Assembly (NCBI GenBank): GCA_004431415.1 | Contig: QPMI01000209.1 | Location: 62,001-126,000, forward strand | Length of the DNA stretch: 64,000 nt | Source of the DNA: Cyanophora paradoxa CCMP329 | Lineage: Eukaryota; Plantae; Glaucophyta | Direction: 5' to 3' | Made by a program: the position numbers and the translations under genes | Shown: positions 11,801-22,704 of the stretch, piece after piece | Layout: each line of letters starts with the position of its first letter | Numbering within the stretch: position 1 is the first letter of the stretch | The notes under the pieces: model-generated | What the model was told of the DNA's origin: nothing | The model's database searches: none | The model's input: the letters and a program-made list of their open reading frames with translations, nothing else

Positions 11801-13726
11801 CGAGGCCGACGGCGACATCGAGGTGCGCTTGGCGCCCCGGCGTTGCGCGCGGGCGCAGGCGCGCTCTGAACCGGACGGGCGGGCGCGTGCAGGACGCGAT
11901 GGTGGAGAAGGGCCGCTCGGTGGGCGTGCTCTCGCGCTTCCGCGCCACGAAGAACGACGCCCTCGTCGGCTGCCAGGAGATGCTCGTCTACGGCATCAAG
12001 GGGTCCGCCCGCCCTCGCCCGCCCGCGCCGTCCCCTCTAGAGAGCGTTCGCTGACGCCGCTGGGCAGCGTGTGCGCGTACGCGGACCACGCGGTGATGAA
12101 CAAGCACGAGAGCAACAAGATCTACGAGTTCGTGCACCACGGCCTCTCCTTCCTCCTCGAGAAGGAGTCCAAGGACCTCAACGAGGTCCTCGGCATGCTC
12201 CTCAAGTGCGGCGAGGCCAACCTCGTCACCATGGCGCGTGCTCGACGCCCCTCCCGTCGCCCGAGCGAGCGCCGCTGACGGCCGCTCGCGCAGGCGCTGC
12301 TGGCGCAGGCGAACGGGACGTACGGCGAGCAGACGCCGGCGGTTGTGCCCGTCAAGCCCGTCCCGGGCAAGTGCATCCTCATCTCGGGCCACGAGCTCAC
12401 CGACGTGGAGGCCATCCTCAAGCAGACCGAGGGCACCGGCATCAACGGTCCGCCGCCCCCGCCCCACCCCGCCCCGCCCCGCTCCGCCGCGCCGCTGACG
12501 GGGGCGGGGGCGGCAGTGTACACGCACGGCGAGGTGCTCCCGGCGCACGGCTACCCCAAGCTCAAGGCGTACAAGCACCTCGTCGGCCACTTCGGCCAGG
12601 CCTGGCAGCGCCAGTCCGTCGAGTTCGGCTTCTTCCCGGGCGCCATCGTCATGACCACCAACTGCATCACCGCGCCCCGCGAGGAGTACAAGGACCGCAT
12701 CTTCACCGCCGGCGCCGTCGGCTGGCCCGGCATCCCCCACATCGCCAACCAGGACTTCAGCGCCGCCATCAAGCGGTCCGCCCCCGCCACCGCCGCAGCC
12801 GCAGCCGCCCCGCCGCTGACCGCGCCGCCCCCTCCGCAGCGCCCTCGAGCTCCCGGGCTTCTCTGAGAAGGACACCGAGTGCGCGCGGCCCCGCCTCCGC
12901 CCCCGCCCCGCGCCCGCGCGCTGACGCGGCGGCGCGCGCGCAGCTTCAAGTACCCGTCGATCGCGTCGATGCCGCGGGTCAGCCAGTTCACGACGGGGTT
13001 CGGCTCGAAGCTGGTCATCTCGCTGGCGGACAAGGTGATCGGGGGCATCAAGGCGGGCGCCATCACCCGCTTCTACGTCATCGGCGGCTGCGACGGCTTC
13101 GAGGGCGAGCGCTCCTACTTCACCGGTCCGCCCCTCGAGCCCCCCTTCTGCCCGCTCCCGTCCCGCCCTCTGACGGAGGAGCGCCCGCGGCGCAGACTTC
13201 ACGAAGCAGCTGCCGGAGACGTCGGTGGTGCTGACGGTGGGGTGCGGCAAGTACCGCATCAACCACCTCGACTTCAAGACGATCGGGGACACGGGCATCC
13301 CGCGCCTGCTCGACCTCGGCCAGTGCAACGACTCGTACGCAGCCATCGAGATCGCCCTCGCCCTCGCCGGTCCGCCCCTGGGCCCCTCCCCGCCCCCTCC
13401 CTTCTCCAGCGGCGGCGGCTCACGCACGCGCCTCGTCCCCGGCAGGCGCGCTCAACTGCACGGTGCACGACCTGCCGCTCTCGATCGTGCTCTCGTGGTT
13501 CGAGCAGAAGGCCATCGCCGTGCTCCTCACGCTGCTGCACCTGGGCCTCAAGAACATCCGCGTCGGCCCGAACCTCCCCGCCTTCCTGCGGCCCTCGGTC
13601 GTCGGCGTTCTGTCGGACATGTTCGGCCTCAAGCTCGTCTCCGACCCCACGGCCGACCTCACCGACATCCTGGGCGGCGCCCCCAAGGCCGGCGCCCCCT
13701 GCGTCGTCAACTCCCCGGCCGCGTGA
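8801..13726 (+). CDS. hcp: fusion of a cytochrome P450 reductase-like diflavin reductase (flavodoxin FMN + FAD + NAD(P)H domains) with a full hybrid cluster protein (prismane; hydroxylamine/NO reductase)
   Basis: Flavodoxin motifs: [48 protein letters not shown] motifs: [29 protein letters not shown]...DYLF, YVYCG. HCP motifs: [74 protein letters not shown]. The reductase end and HCP start lie in one exon (about 10875-11457). Confidence 0.93.
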
Positions 13727-14578
13727 GCGCCCAGCGCCACTCCGAGCCATCAACCCTACAGACCAGTTCATAGTACAATAAGTATACCGGTTACCAAACC
13801 TACACAGCAGAGTAGTTTGTAGTGTACGTGTAAAGTGTTTTTTCATAGGCGCGCCGGGCCTCGAATTATGTTGATCGTTATACTTTCAGTTATTGCAACG
13901 TTGGGGTGTAACTTTCTTCTTTCCCGAGGTAGACCAGTTCGGTCCTCAGGCAGCATTGATGTTGTGTGTTGAGTGTCACAGTGTGCAGCGCTGAGTGTAC
14001 TTTCCTTTCGCATGTGATCCTGAGAGAGTTCAGTGACAGCCGATTTTGAACGTTAGCGGAGAAGGTTGTCTATCAATATCGATATCTCAGCGTTAGCTGC
14101 AGTGACCGATTTTCTCCAGACAAACCAGACAGTTGATCTAGATTTAGAGTGCCGGCGCCGCGGTTCCTTGTCCAAATTAAAGCGGTGTAGTCCGTCGCTC
14201 CCCCCGACCTCGCACACCTGCGGCTGCAGCTGCGCACGCGCCTGATGCACCTTTCAAGGCTGCTCATATCACATATACGTATACTGGGCTATGATCGATA
14301 TCATGAAATAGGCCCAGCTGCAGGGCGGATCGGAGGATTCTGCGAGCAGATGTAGAGGCCTCCGGATCCGGTCCCGACGCGCCGGCCCGCGCGCCGGCCC
14401 GCGCGCGGCCCGCGGCGCGGCCGTGACTCGGTGGAGTTCCACGTGCACGCCTCTACGTAACTTGCAATTGGGACTCCGGGAAGATCTGGCACTTGCAACG
14501 CCGAACGCTCGCACTAGCGGACGTCGAGACGAAGCTCTGGGCCTAGCGAGCTTCAAGGCTTAAGCCGCTCGCGCGCGC

Positions 14579-16495
14579 TCAGGCGTGCGCGTGGCCCTCG
14601 ACGGGGGGCCGCCCCGCGAACATGGCCTCCACGGCGGCCCTCGCCCCCGCGAAGGCGGCCCCGGCCTCCCCGGTCCCTCCCGGGGGCTCCAGGAGGGATA
14701 CCGCCACGGCGACGCCGGGGTGCAGCCCGCGCAGCGCCTGCCGCCCGCAGCCGCCCGCCGGCGCTCGGATCAGGCGGGGCGGCGGGGGCGGCGGGGGCGG
14801 GCGGGCGGGGACCTCGTAGGGCGGAGGCAGGCGGGGTCGAGGGGCCGGAGGTCGGGGTTGACGTGGAGGCGCTCGAGGGCGGGGAGGGCGAGGAGGGCCG
14901 CCGCCTCCTCCTCCGAGAGCGGCCGCGCGACGCTCAGGTCGAGGGCCGTCAGCGCCCGCCGCGCCCCCGCGCTCCCGAGGAGCCCGGCCACGTCTTCCGC
15001 CCCCGCGAAGAGGCCTGCGGACCGTCGACGTCGGCCGGGGCCGGGGCCGGGCTGGGGGCGCACAGAGGAGCTCGAGGCTGAGGCGGGCGAGGCGGGGCAG
15101 GCGGGAGAGGGCGGCCGCGAGGGCGCGCAGGAGGCCGGCGGCGCGCTCGGGGGGCAGGGTCCCGCTGAAGCAGACGGCGAGCTCGCGCAGGCCGGCGAGG
15201 CCGGCAAGGGGTCCCAGCGCCTCCGCCTCCAGCCCGTTCGCGTCGAGCTGCGCGGGGTCAGGACCCGCGGCGCTCGCGCGAGGGGCGCCGGCGCCGGCGC
15301 CCGCGCCTGCAGGGGCTCCAGGGCGGTGAGGCTGGGCAGGCGGGCGAGGGCAGCCAGGCCGGGCCCTGAGAGCTCCGCGAAGGCCGCCGCCGCCCCGCGG
15401 CGCGCGCCGGGAAGCCGCCGGCCCTGCGCCCGGCTCGCTCGCTCGGGGGCGAGATGGGGCGGGCGCGGGGCGGGCCGGGGGCGCGCCTGTAGAGGCCGTT
15501 GCTGGCGAGGAAGGAGAGGCGGCGGAGGCTGGCGCCGGCTGGGCCGGCGGCGAGGGCGAGGAGGCCGGGCGTCACGTCGCAGAAGCCGGCGAAGGCGACG
15601 GCGAGCTCCTCGAGGCGCGCGAGGGAGCCAGCGCCGCCAGCACCGCCGGCACGTCGCCCGCCGCCGCCCCGAGGCCGAGCGAGCGGAGGAGCGGGCAGGC
15701 GGCGGCGACGGCGGCCGCCGCCTCGGGGCCGGCGCCGGCGTCGAGGCCGCCGAAGAAGAGGGTGAGGGAGCGTAGCGCGCCGAAGGGGGCGAGCGCGGCG
15801 CGCAGCTCGGCGGCCGCCGGCCACGGGAGGCCCTCGGGGCCGCCGCGGTGCGGCTGGAGGCCCGCGTGGACGCCGACGGCGAGGCCCTCGAGGGCGCTGG
15901 GCGCTCCCTCCGCGGGCAGCAGCGCCGCCAGCGCGCCGAGGAGGCATGCGCGAACGAAGTCCCCGCCGGGCCGGAGCGCGTCCAGGGCACCGATATCCCC
16001 GGCGACCAACTCCAGGGTCACCCCCCGCGGCCGCCCCGGGCCGGCCGCCGCGCGCCCGAGGAGGCGGCATGCCGCCTCCAAAGTACGCCCGGTCTGCTCC
16101 CGGGCAGCCGCTGCCGCAAGCGCAAGGTCGGCCGCCGGCTGCACAAGCTGCGCCCTCAGCGCGATGCTGGCGCCGCCGCCGAGCCGCAGCTTCCTCTCCT
16201 CGAAGAGGGCAGAGAGGGCGTCGTACGCGCTCGCGGCGCCGGCTGCGGCTCGCACGTCCAGATCAAAGCACGCCCATTCCATCTCCTCGACCACCCGCCG
16301 CCACCGCCTGCAACGCGAAGTGGGCAATTGCATGTACGAGGATTGCAATTGCATATGCAAGGACCTGCAGACGGCGCGCAGAGGCCAGCTCGCCCGCACC
16401 GCGAGCGCCTTGAAGACATCGCTGAGAACAGCGTCCGGCAGAATGTCAAGCGGCGCCGGAGCGAGCCTCGTCTCCTCCTCCTCCTCGTCAGTCAT
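14579..16495 (-). CDS. F-box / leucine-rich-repeat protein
   Basis: The N-terminus MTDEEEEETRLAPAPLDILPDAVLSDVFKAL...LRAVC|RRWRRVV is an F-box. LRR-like units follow: LRSLTL, CPLLRSLGL, LEELAV, LRRLSF, LPSLTALE, LTALDLS, LERLHV. Apparent single-base frameshifts in C runs (about 15625 and 14820) are probably assembly errors. Confidence 0.8.
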
Positions 16496-16767
16496 CGCTT
16501 CGTCGACGTCGCTCTGCCCCGCCGGCGAGACCGGACGGTGCGCGGCGAACCACACGAACGTTAAAGTTAAAGCAACCTCCGGATCTGGATCGATATCCTT
16601 TGCAGCGAACCACGCAAACGGCGAACGCAGGCTTCCGGGTACATCGTTCAGAACTCAGCAGCTGAAATGTGAGTTGCTTCCACCTTCGCCTCTTACACCC
16701 ACCGAATCCCAAAGATGCCTCTGCAATCTTCGCGTTGGCTCGGCTGACCGATTCCTCTCACCGGCAG

Positions 16768-17645
16768 ATGAACGCGTTCGTGGCCCCCGCGACCCCGGCA
16801 TCTTCTCGCGCCTCGCGATGCAGCTTCCACACTGAGGCGGCCCAGGCCTGCTCGTCCAGGCAAGTCTCGCGCGCCGCCAAGCACGTGCATATCCAGCGCG
16901 CGCACGCCTTAGCTCCCGCGCCGCCCTGCCCCACGAGAGCGAGGCGTGGTTGGCAAAGGAGTCCTTATCACATTGGCAATCTAAGCCACGCACCGTGCCC
17001 GGGGATGCCGCCGTCGGCTACTCTGACTGTCGTTTGCTCAGGCCGTCCCGTGCTGTAGCTCTCCGTGCCTCTGCACCGTTCTCGGCCGAGGAGACACGCT
17101 TTTTCTTTGCTGGCCAGGGCCCCCGCTTTGAGGCCGCATCCAGCAGCGCCGCGCAGGTTCGCACCCGTCAGGCTAAGATTCGCCAGTGCTTTGCCGCCGC
17201 GGCTCTATCTTCCCGCCGGCACTCTGCCTCGCTCGCATTGCGCGCTAATCAGAGCCCCCGCAGAGCGCGCCCGCGTTCGAAGTCGTCTGCCGGTCCAACG
17301 CTGAGCAGGAGGTCGAGAAGCTGCTGAAGTCCGAGAAGAACCGCGAACGGTTCAAGGTCCGCAGTCGCTTCCGAATGGCTTCGCATCGCGCAACTCCGCC
17401 TCTAGCCTCTCTGAGCGGCGGGCCGGCGCAGCTCGGCTTCGTGACCAACGCGGAGCAGTGGAACGGCCGCGCCGCCATGCTCGCCGTCATCCTCACCATC
17501 ATCATTGAGGTCGTCTCCGGCCACCCGATCGTGCGCCGCCCTCCTCTCCGCTTCCTTTTCCTTCCTTCCTCTCCCAACGCCCGCGCCTCGCGCCCGCCAG
17601 GTCTACTTCTGGGACCAGTTCACCCAGGGCAGCAGCTTGTACTAG
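16768..17645 (+). CDS. plastid-targeted high-light-inducible / one-helix LHC-like protein (HLIP/OHP)
   Basis: Transit-peptide-like start MNAFVAPATPASSR. The mature part reads EVEKLLKSEKNRERFK|LGFVTNAEQWNGRAAMLAVILTIIIEVVSGHPI|VYFWDQFTQGSSLY*, containing the chlorophyll-binding ExxNGRxAM helix. Confidence 0.88.
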
Positions 17646-18060
17646 GCAGCTATCGAACCCGTTTTCAACCGATTCCATCAACAGGAACAGAAGAGCCCTC
17701 TTGTGATCCAGAGCGCCTCCGGGGCTCGAGCTCAGGGTGCACGTGCCCCCCGGACCTTCCATGTTCGGTCCAAGCGACTTCTAGCTCGACGCATTGCAAT
17801 CGGCCGGCGGGGCACGCGCACCACCCTAACTACAAGCTAGTGCACGTGGGGATTACCGACGCGCTTCACACGCCACAGTGTACATATGCTCGGCGCGTCC
17901 GATCCAAGGCCTAGGGAACATCTGGGACCTGGTTGAAATACGTATACATAAGTAGCTGTAGCGTGACCGCAAAAGAAATAGTACTGCAGAGCTGAAAGCA
18001 ATTGCGCAAATTCTTAAAGAGCCGGAACGGATGGAAGTTCGAGGAGGAGTCGTGATCAGT

Positions 18061-18135
18061 CGCCGAACGCGTGGTCGGCCGTCAGGGCGCGCGGCGCTAG
18101 TACTGCTAGCGCTTGATGACGTCGGCCTGCTTGCG

Positions 18136-18174
<39 letters not shown>

Positions 18175-18235
18175 CCGTGAGACCCGGAGCCAGAGGGCCG
18201 AGGAAGGGCGCGGGGGGGCGGCGGGGGCCGAGGAA
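18061..18235 (-). repeat. degenerate tandem copy of the last intron/terminal exon of the acid phosphatase gene
   Basis: 18091-18130 (gcggcgctagtactgctagcgcttgatgacgtcggcctgc) matches 18299-18332 (gcggcgctagtactgcttgacgacgtcggcctgc). The flanking cgtgagac...gccagagggccga is also duplicated, and the copy contains a poly-G tract at 18139-18173. Confidence 0.75.
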
Positions 18236-18304
18236 AAGGAATAGTACTAGTACGGCAGAGCGAAACGGCTCGAACGGGATTCGGTCGCCATGGTCACGGC
18301 GGCG

Positions 18305-20465
18305 CTAGTACTGCTTGACGACGTCGGCCTGCGAGCGGGGAGGGGGCCGGGGCGTGAGACCGAAGCCAGGGCCAGAGGGCCGAAGAAGGTGGCAGGCCGG
18401 GGCGGCAGGGCGGGGCGTGCCTGGTATATGGCCGAGCCGTCGTGCTGGTACGCCGTCGCCCGCAGCGTGCGCGGCCCGACGAACGTGAAGGTGAAGAAGC
18501 CTGCGCCGCGCGCCTCTCGGACGGGGGCTGGGGGCCAGGGGGGCGCTGGGAGGGGCGGACTGGTCTCGGCGGTGCCGAAGCGGAGCTCGGGGGAGCCGTG
18601 GAGCAGGTCGTCCCGGCACTCGCTCCCCGCCCCGGACACGAAGAACGCCGTCCGCGGCTGCGCGGCGACCGTCTTGGCGCGCGCGCCGCCGCCGCCGAGG
18701 GCGCGCCGCAGGGATCCCACCTGCTCGGCCTTGGCGATGTGCTGCAGGTTGTGGTCTGCTGGCCGGGGTGAGGCGGGGGCGGGCCAGCGGGGGCGGAGGG
18801 CGCGGGAGGGGCCCGGGCTGACCGTGGCCGCAGATGTAGGCGTCGACCCTGTGCTGGCCCAGCAGGGGCCCGATCGCCGCCTGCAGCTCCTGCCCGCCGC
18901 CTCAGCTGCCACAGGCCGGGGGCGGGGGCGGGCGACGGGGCAGGGGGAGCCGGGGGGGGGGGGGGGGGGGGGGGGGGGGCTTCTAAGGAGTACTACGGGT
19001 ACGGATACGCGCCTGCGTGTCGCCGTGCGTGCCGGCGAGCGAGTAGACGGGGTGGTGCCCAACGAGGATCTGGGGAAAGCGCCCGCCCGGCTCGGCGGGG
19101 GCGAGGCGGTACCCCCCCAAAGAGGGAGGGTACGGTACCTTCCAGTCGGCTTTGGAGGCCGCCAGGGCGCCCTTCAGCCACTCCAGCTGCCCCGCCACGT
19201 CCTGACGCCCACGCCCCCTCGTCAGGCTGTTCCGCCGAAACAAAACACGGTCCGCGGCCGCAAATCAAGGCGGACCTGGCTGAAGAGGTCGGGCTTCATG
19301 TACTTCTTGTTCGAGCGGTACTCGCTCAGCATCGGCGTCGTGTCTGCCGCGCGGCCCCCGCCGCATCAGCTTCGGCCCGGGGACGGGGGGCCACTGGCCA
19401 GATGCACGAGGGTGAAGCTGCGGGGGGCGCCTACCGATGAAGAAGAGCCCGAGACGGAGGGAGGGGCCCGTCCCGTTGGCCGAGAGCGGCACGAGCACCT
19501 CCTCCGTGTAGTACCTGCCTCCCGGAAGACGGGGGGGATGTCAGGCCGGGGTACTGCACTGTTGGATCGGAGCGAAGCCGCACCGCGCGGGGAGGTGCCA
19601 GCGGTCGCTAATGGCGGCGTAGTCAAGCTGCGCCTGCGGCGTACCCCTGTAGTCGTGATTCCCGAGGATGATGTACCACCGGCGCTGCAGGGACGGGGCG
19701 TCGTAGACTGGGGCCCCGCAGCGCAAGCGGGTCAGAGAGGCTTCCAGGGGTCCGCCCGTGGGTGGGGGTACGCGCACTCTTCTCGAAGCTCGTCTTCCAG
19801 TGGTGGTCGGTGGTGCTGTCCACGCCGTCGTCGTAGAAGTTGTCCCCGACGCTGATCGTGAACTCGCACGGGGCCCTGCTCGATGCGCAGACCTGCCCCA
19901 TCACTCGTCCTGCGCGCGTGTGCGGGGCATGAGGGTCGGGCGGCTATGTGCTGTCGTCAGGGCGCTGCACCGAGCGCCGCCTGGTGGTGCGCCCCTTTCC
20001 GGCCCCAGTCCCTGGAAGGAGGCACGAAATTCAGTTTCCCAACGCGCTGAGGAGCCCGCGCCGGCGCCCTCGGGCACCCGATCACTGCGAAAGTGAACCC
20101 TTCCAAACTCTCGATGTGCACGACTGTGCCGCCGACAGTCTTCGGCCGGCCCCGCCACGTGAGAAGCACGGAGAGCAGGACGATGACTGAGCAGGACGAT
20201 GAGCTTTCGCGGCGCGCGGCGCGCGGCGCGCGGCGGTGGAGGAACGGCGGCACGCACTCGATGCGAGGACGCAGCCGATCACAATCAACCAGCGGCGCTC
20301 GGTGATTGTGCGCTTTGCGGAGGTGAAGAATGACCTCAGCCCCTCCTGCTGCCGCGGCCCAGCCGCGCGCGGCGCGATGTCGACCTCCTCCAGCTCCAGC
20401 TCCGCGCGCTGCACAAGAGGGCCGCGCATCTCTTCCAGCTCGTTCTCGTTCAAGGACGCGGACAT
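18305..20465 (-). CDS. purple acid phosphatase (ACP5/tartrate-resistant type metallophosphoesterase) with N-terminal membrane anchor
   Basis: Motifs FAVIG|DWG, GDNFYDDGV, WYIILGNHDYRG, VGHHPVYS...HGD, YICGH|DHNLQH and FFVSGAGS. A hydrophobic segment (LIVLLSVLLTW) precedes the catalytic domain. The gene ends ADVVKQY*. Confidence 0.9.
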
Positions 20466-20738
20466 CGCCAAGCGCGCCGCCGCCACCGCACGCCGGTCCT
20501 AGCGCCGCACGCCGCCCTGCGGTACCAGCGGAACCGCTGCGTCCGCGTTGTCTGGCGCGCTGGGGCTGCTGCGCTCCTGTCGGCCGGCCGCGTGGGGATT
20601 CTTTCAGGCGTACCCCTCTAGTGCGCTGGTAACGCGGCTGGTTGCGGCTCAAGCAACACGCCTGTGCAATACGCGCGCGAGCAAGGTGCTCGTCCAGACA
20701 ACACGGCGCCTCACAAAGGCGCCAGCGGGAGGCGGGGA

Positions 20739-22218
20739 ATGGGGTTCGACACTTTCGCGTGGGCATGGGCCGTCGTGAGCTCGCCGCTCCGCCTCATGGG
20801 CGGAGTCCTGGTGCGCAGCGCCTGCCGCGTCGCGCGGGCCCTCCCGCCACCATCGCCCGCCGCATCATGACCGGTGCCGCCGCGCCGCAGGTCTGCCTTG
20901 TGGCCTTCCTTTACGCGTGGGCTTGGTATGCATTCGTCATCGTCAGCGCCTGCAACATCGTTTGGCCGAACAGCCCGGCATGGGCCGTCTTCCACATCCT
21001 CTTCTTCCACATTAGCTACATCCCCATGGTCATCAGCTACATAAAGACGATCTACGCCAACCCCGGCATCGTGCGCCCGTCTTGCCGGCGCGAGGAGCGG
21101 GGACTGATCCCTGTTGCAGGTAACGCCCGAAATCGTGCGGGAGTGGCAGCGCGCGACGACCGATCTGGGAGAGAGGTGCCGCCCGCTCGCCGGCGTCTCC
21201 TCCCGGCTTCACCGGGGCTGATCAGGGTGGAGCTGCTCAGTTTCGAGCGGAAGCGGGACGGCAACGCGCGCTTCTGCCGGAAGTGCAACAGCCCGAAACC
21301 AGACCGCGCTCACCACTGCAGCATTTGCAACAAATGCGTCCTGAAGATGGACCACCACTGTGCGCCGAGCCCGCCCGCCGTCCCAGCACCGCCCCCGACG
21401 CGCCGCGCGCGACGCGCAGGCCCCTGGGTGTGCAACTGCGTCGGCTTCTACAACCACAAGTACTTCGTGCTCTTCATCCTGTGGACGGAGGCGATGTGCG
21501 TGACGATCATCGTGCTCGCCTTCCCGTCCTTCATGCACGCCATCAACCACGTCGTGCCCGCCCGCCCGCCCGCCCCTCCCGCCCCGCCGCGCCTGCCCGC
21601 CGCCGACCGCGCGCCGCCCAGTCCGACCTGGTCTTCGGCGGCTCCGGCGCCTTCTCCCTCGCCTTCGTCTACTGCCTGGCCCTCGTGTCCGCCCCCTGGC
21701 GCCCCCGCCCCGCCCCCGCCCCCGCCCCGCCCCGGCGCCCGACGCCGCCACCGCCGCGCGCAGCTTCGCGCTGGCGCTGGGCGGCTTCGGCGGCTTCCAC
21801 ATCATGCTGATCCTGAACAACAACACGACCATCGAGATGTACGAGCAGAGGGGCAGCCGCACCATCGACGGCGTGCGCCTGCACGCCCCCCCCCCTCCCC
21901 CCCCCCCCCCCTCCCCCCGCCCGCCACGCCCCGCCCCGCCCCGCCCCTCCCTCGCGCCGGCCGCGGCCGACGCGCCGAGCAGAAGATGGTGTGGAAGTAC
22001 GATTGCGGGCGGCGGCGGAACTGGGAGAGCGTGATGGGCACGCGCCCCCTCTACTGGTTCCTCCCCACCCTCGCCACCGTCGAGGGCGACGGCATGCACT
22101 GGCGCATCCGGTGCGCCCCACCGCGCGTCCACCCCGGGTGCCGCGGCGCCGCTCACCGCTCGGCAGGGACGACATCGACCTGCGAGATCTGCAGGCCGTC
22201 CGCACGACGCAGGTCTGA
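20739..22218 (+). CDS. DHHC-type protein S-palmitoyltransferase (ZDHHC2/15/20-like)
   Basis: Motifs [31 protein letters not shown]|[24 protein letters not shown] and [14 protein letters not shown]...WFLP...GDG, with four hydrophobic helices. Confidence 0.93.
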
Positions 22219-22704
22219 TCATGACCTGGCGCCCGCCTCGGGGCGCGCCGCAGCGGCGGCGGCCCCGCGAGCCACTTCCGACCCCCACCCCTCACCCACC
22301 CCTCCACCCCTCGACCCAGTTTCAGTGCTTGCTAGCTCAAGGATTCTATATCGCATCTTCATTTCCAGACTCTGAGAGCTCGGAATGACTCGGCGATAGA
22401 ACTGCGTGCGCAATCGATTCAAATTGCTAAGCGAATCTGAACTGACGTGCACATTCACTACGCATGCGAACTTATAAAATTATATTAAATATTACGTCTG
22501 CGAGTCGCCCCGTAAGAAGGCCGACATAAAGCGAACGTCTGCGACGCGTACGCGCGCTGCTACTCGCAAAATTCTCATAGTTTACAGTAGGTTACACTGC
22601 CGCAGTGCTCCGAGCCTTGGAGGGCGTGCCACGTCCGCGCGAACGACGCAGCGCTCAAGCGCCCGCTCGCCAGCGCTCGGCGAAGCTGGCGCGAGACTCG
22701 CAGC

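Noticed and set aside
14053-14556. Short minus-strand ORFs downstream of the F-box gene
   Set aside because: They show no motifs or consistent exon chain, and the region is a palindrome-scarred spacer.
14810-15640. Frameshifts in the F-box/LRR gene suggesting pseudogenisation
   Set aside because: Adding one C to a C run restores the frame in each case, and there are no in-frame stops otherwise.
18139-18979. Poly-G tracts (18139-18173, about 18952-18979) and the C-rich tract at 32180-32650 as telomere or G-quadruplex elements
   Set aside because: They have no regular repeat unit, and they fall in intron-derived C-rich sequence typical of this window. Homopolymer lengths are unreliable.
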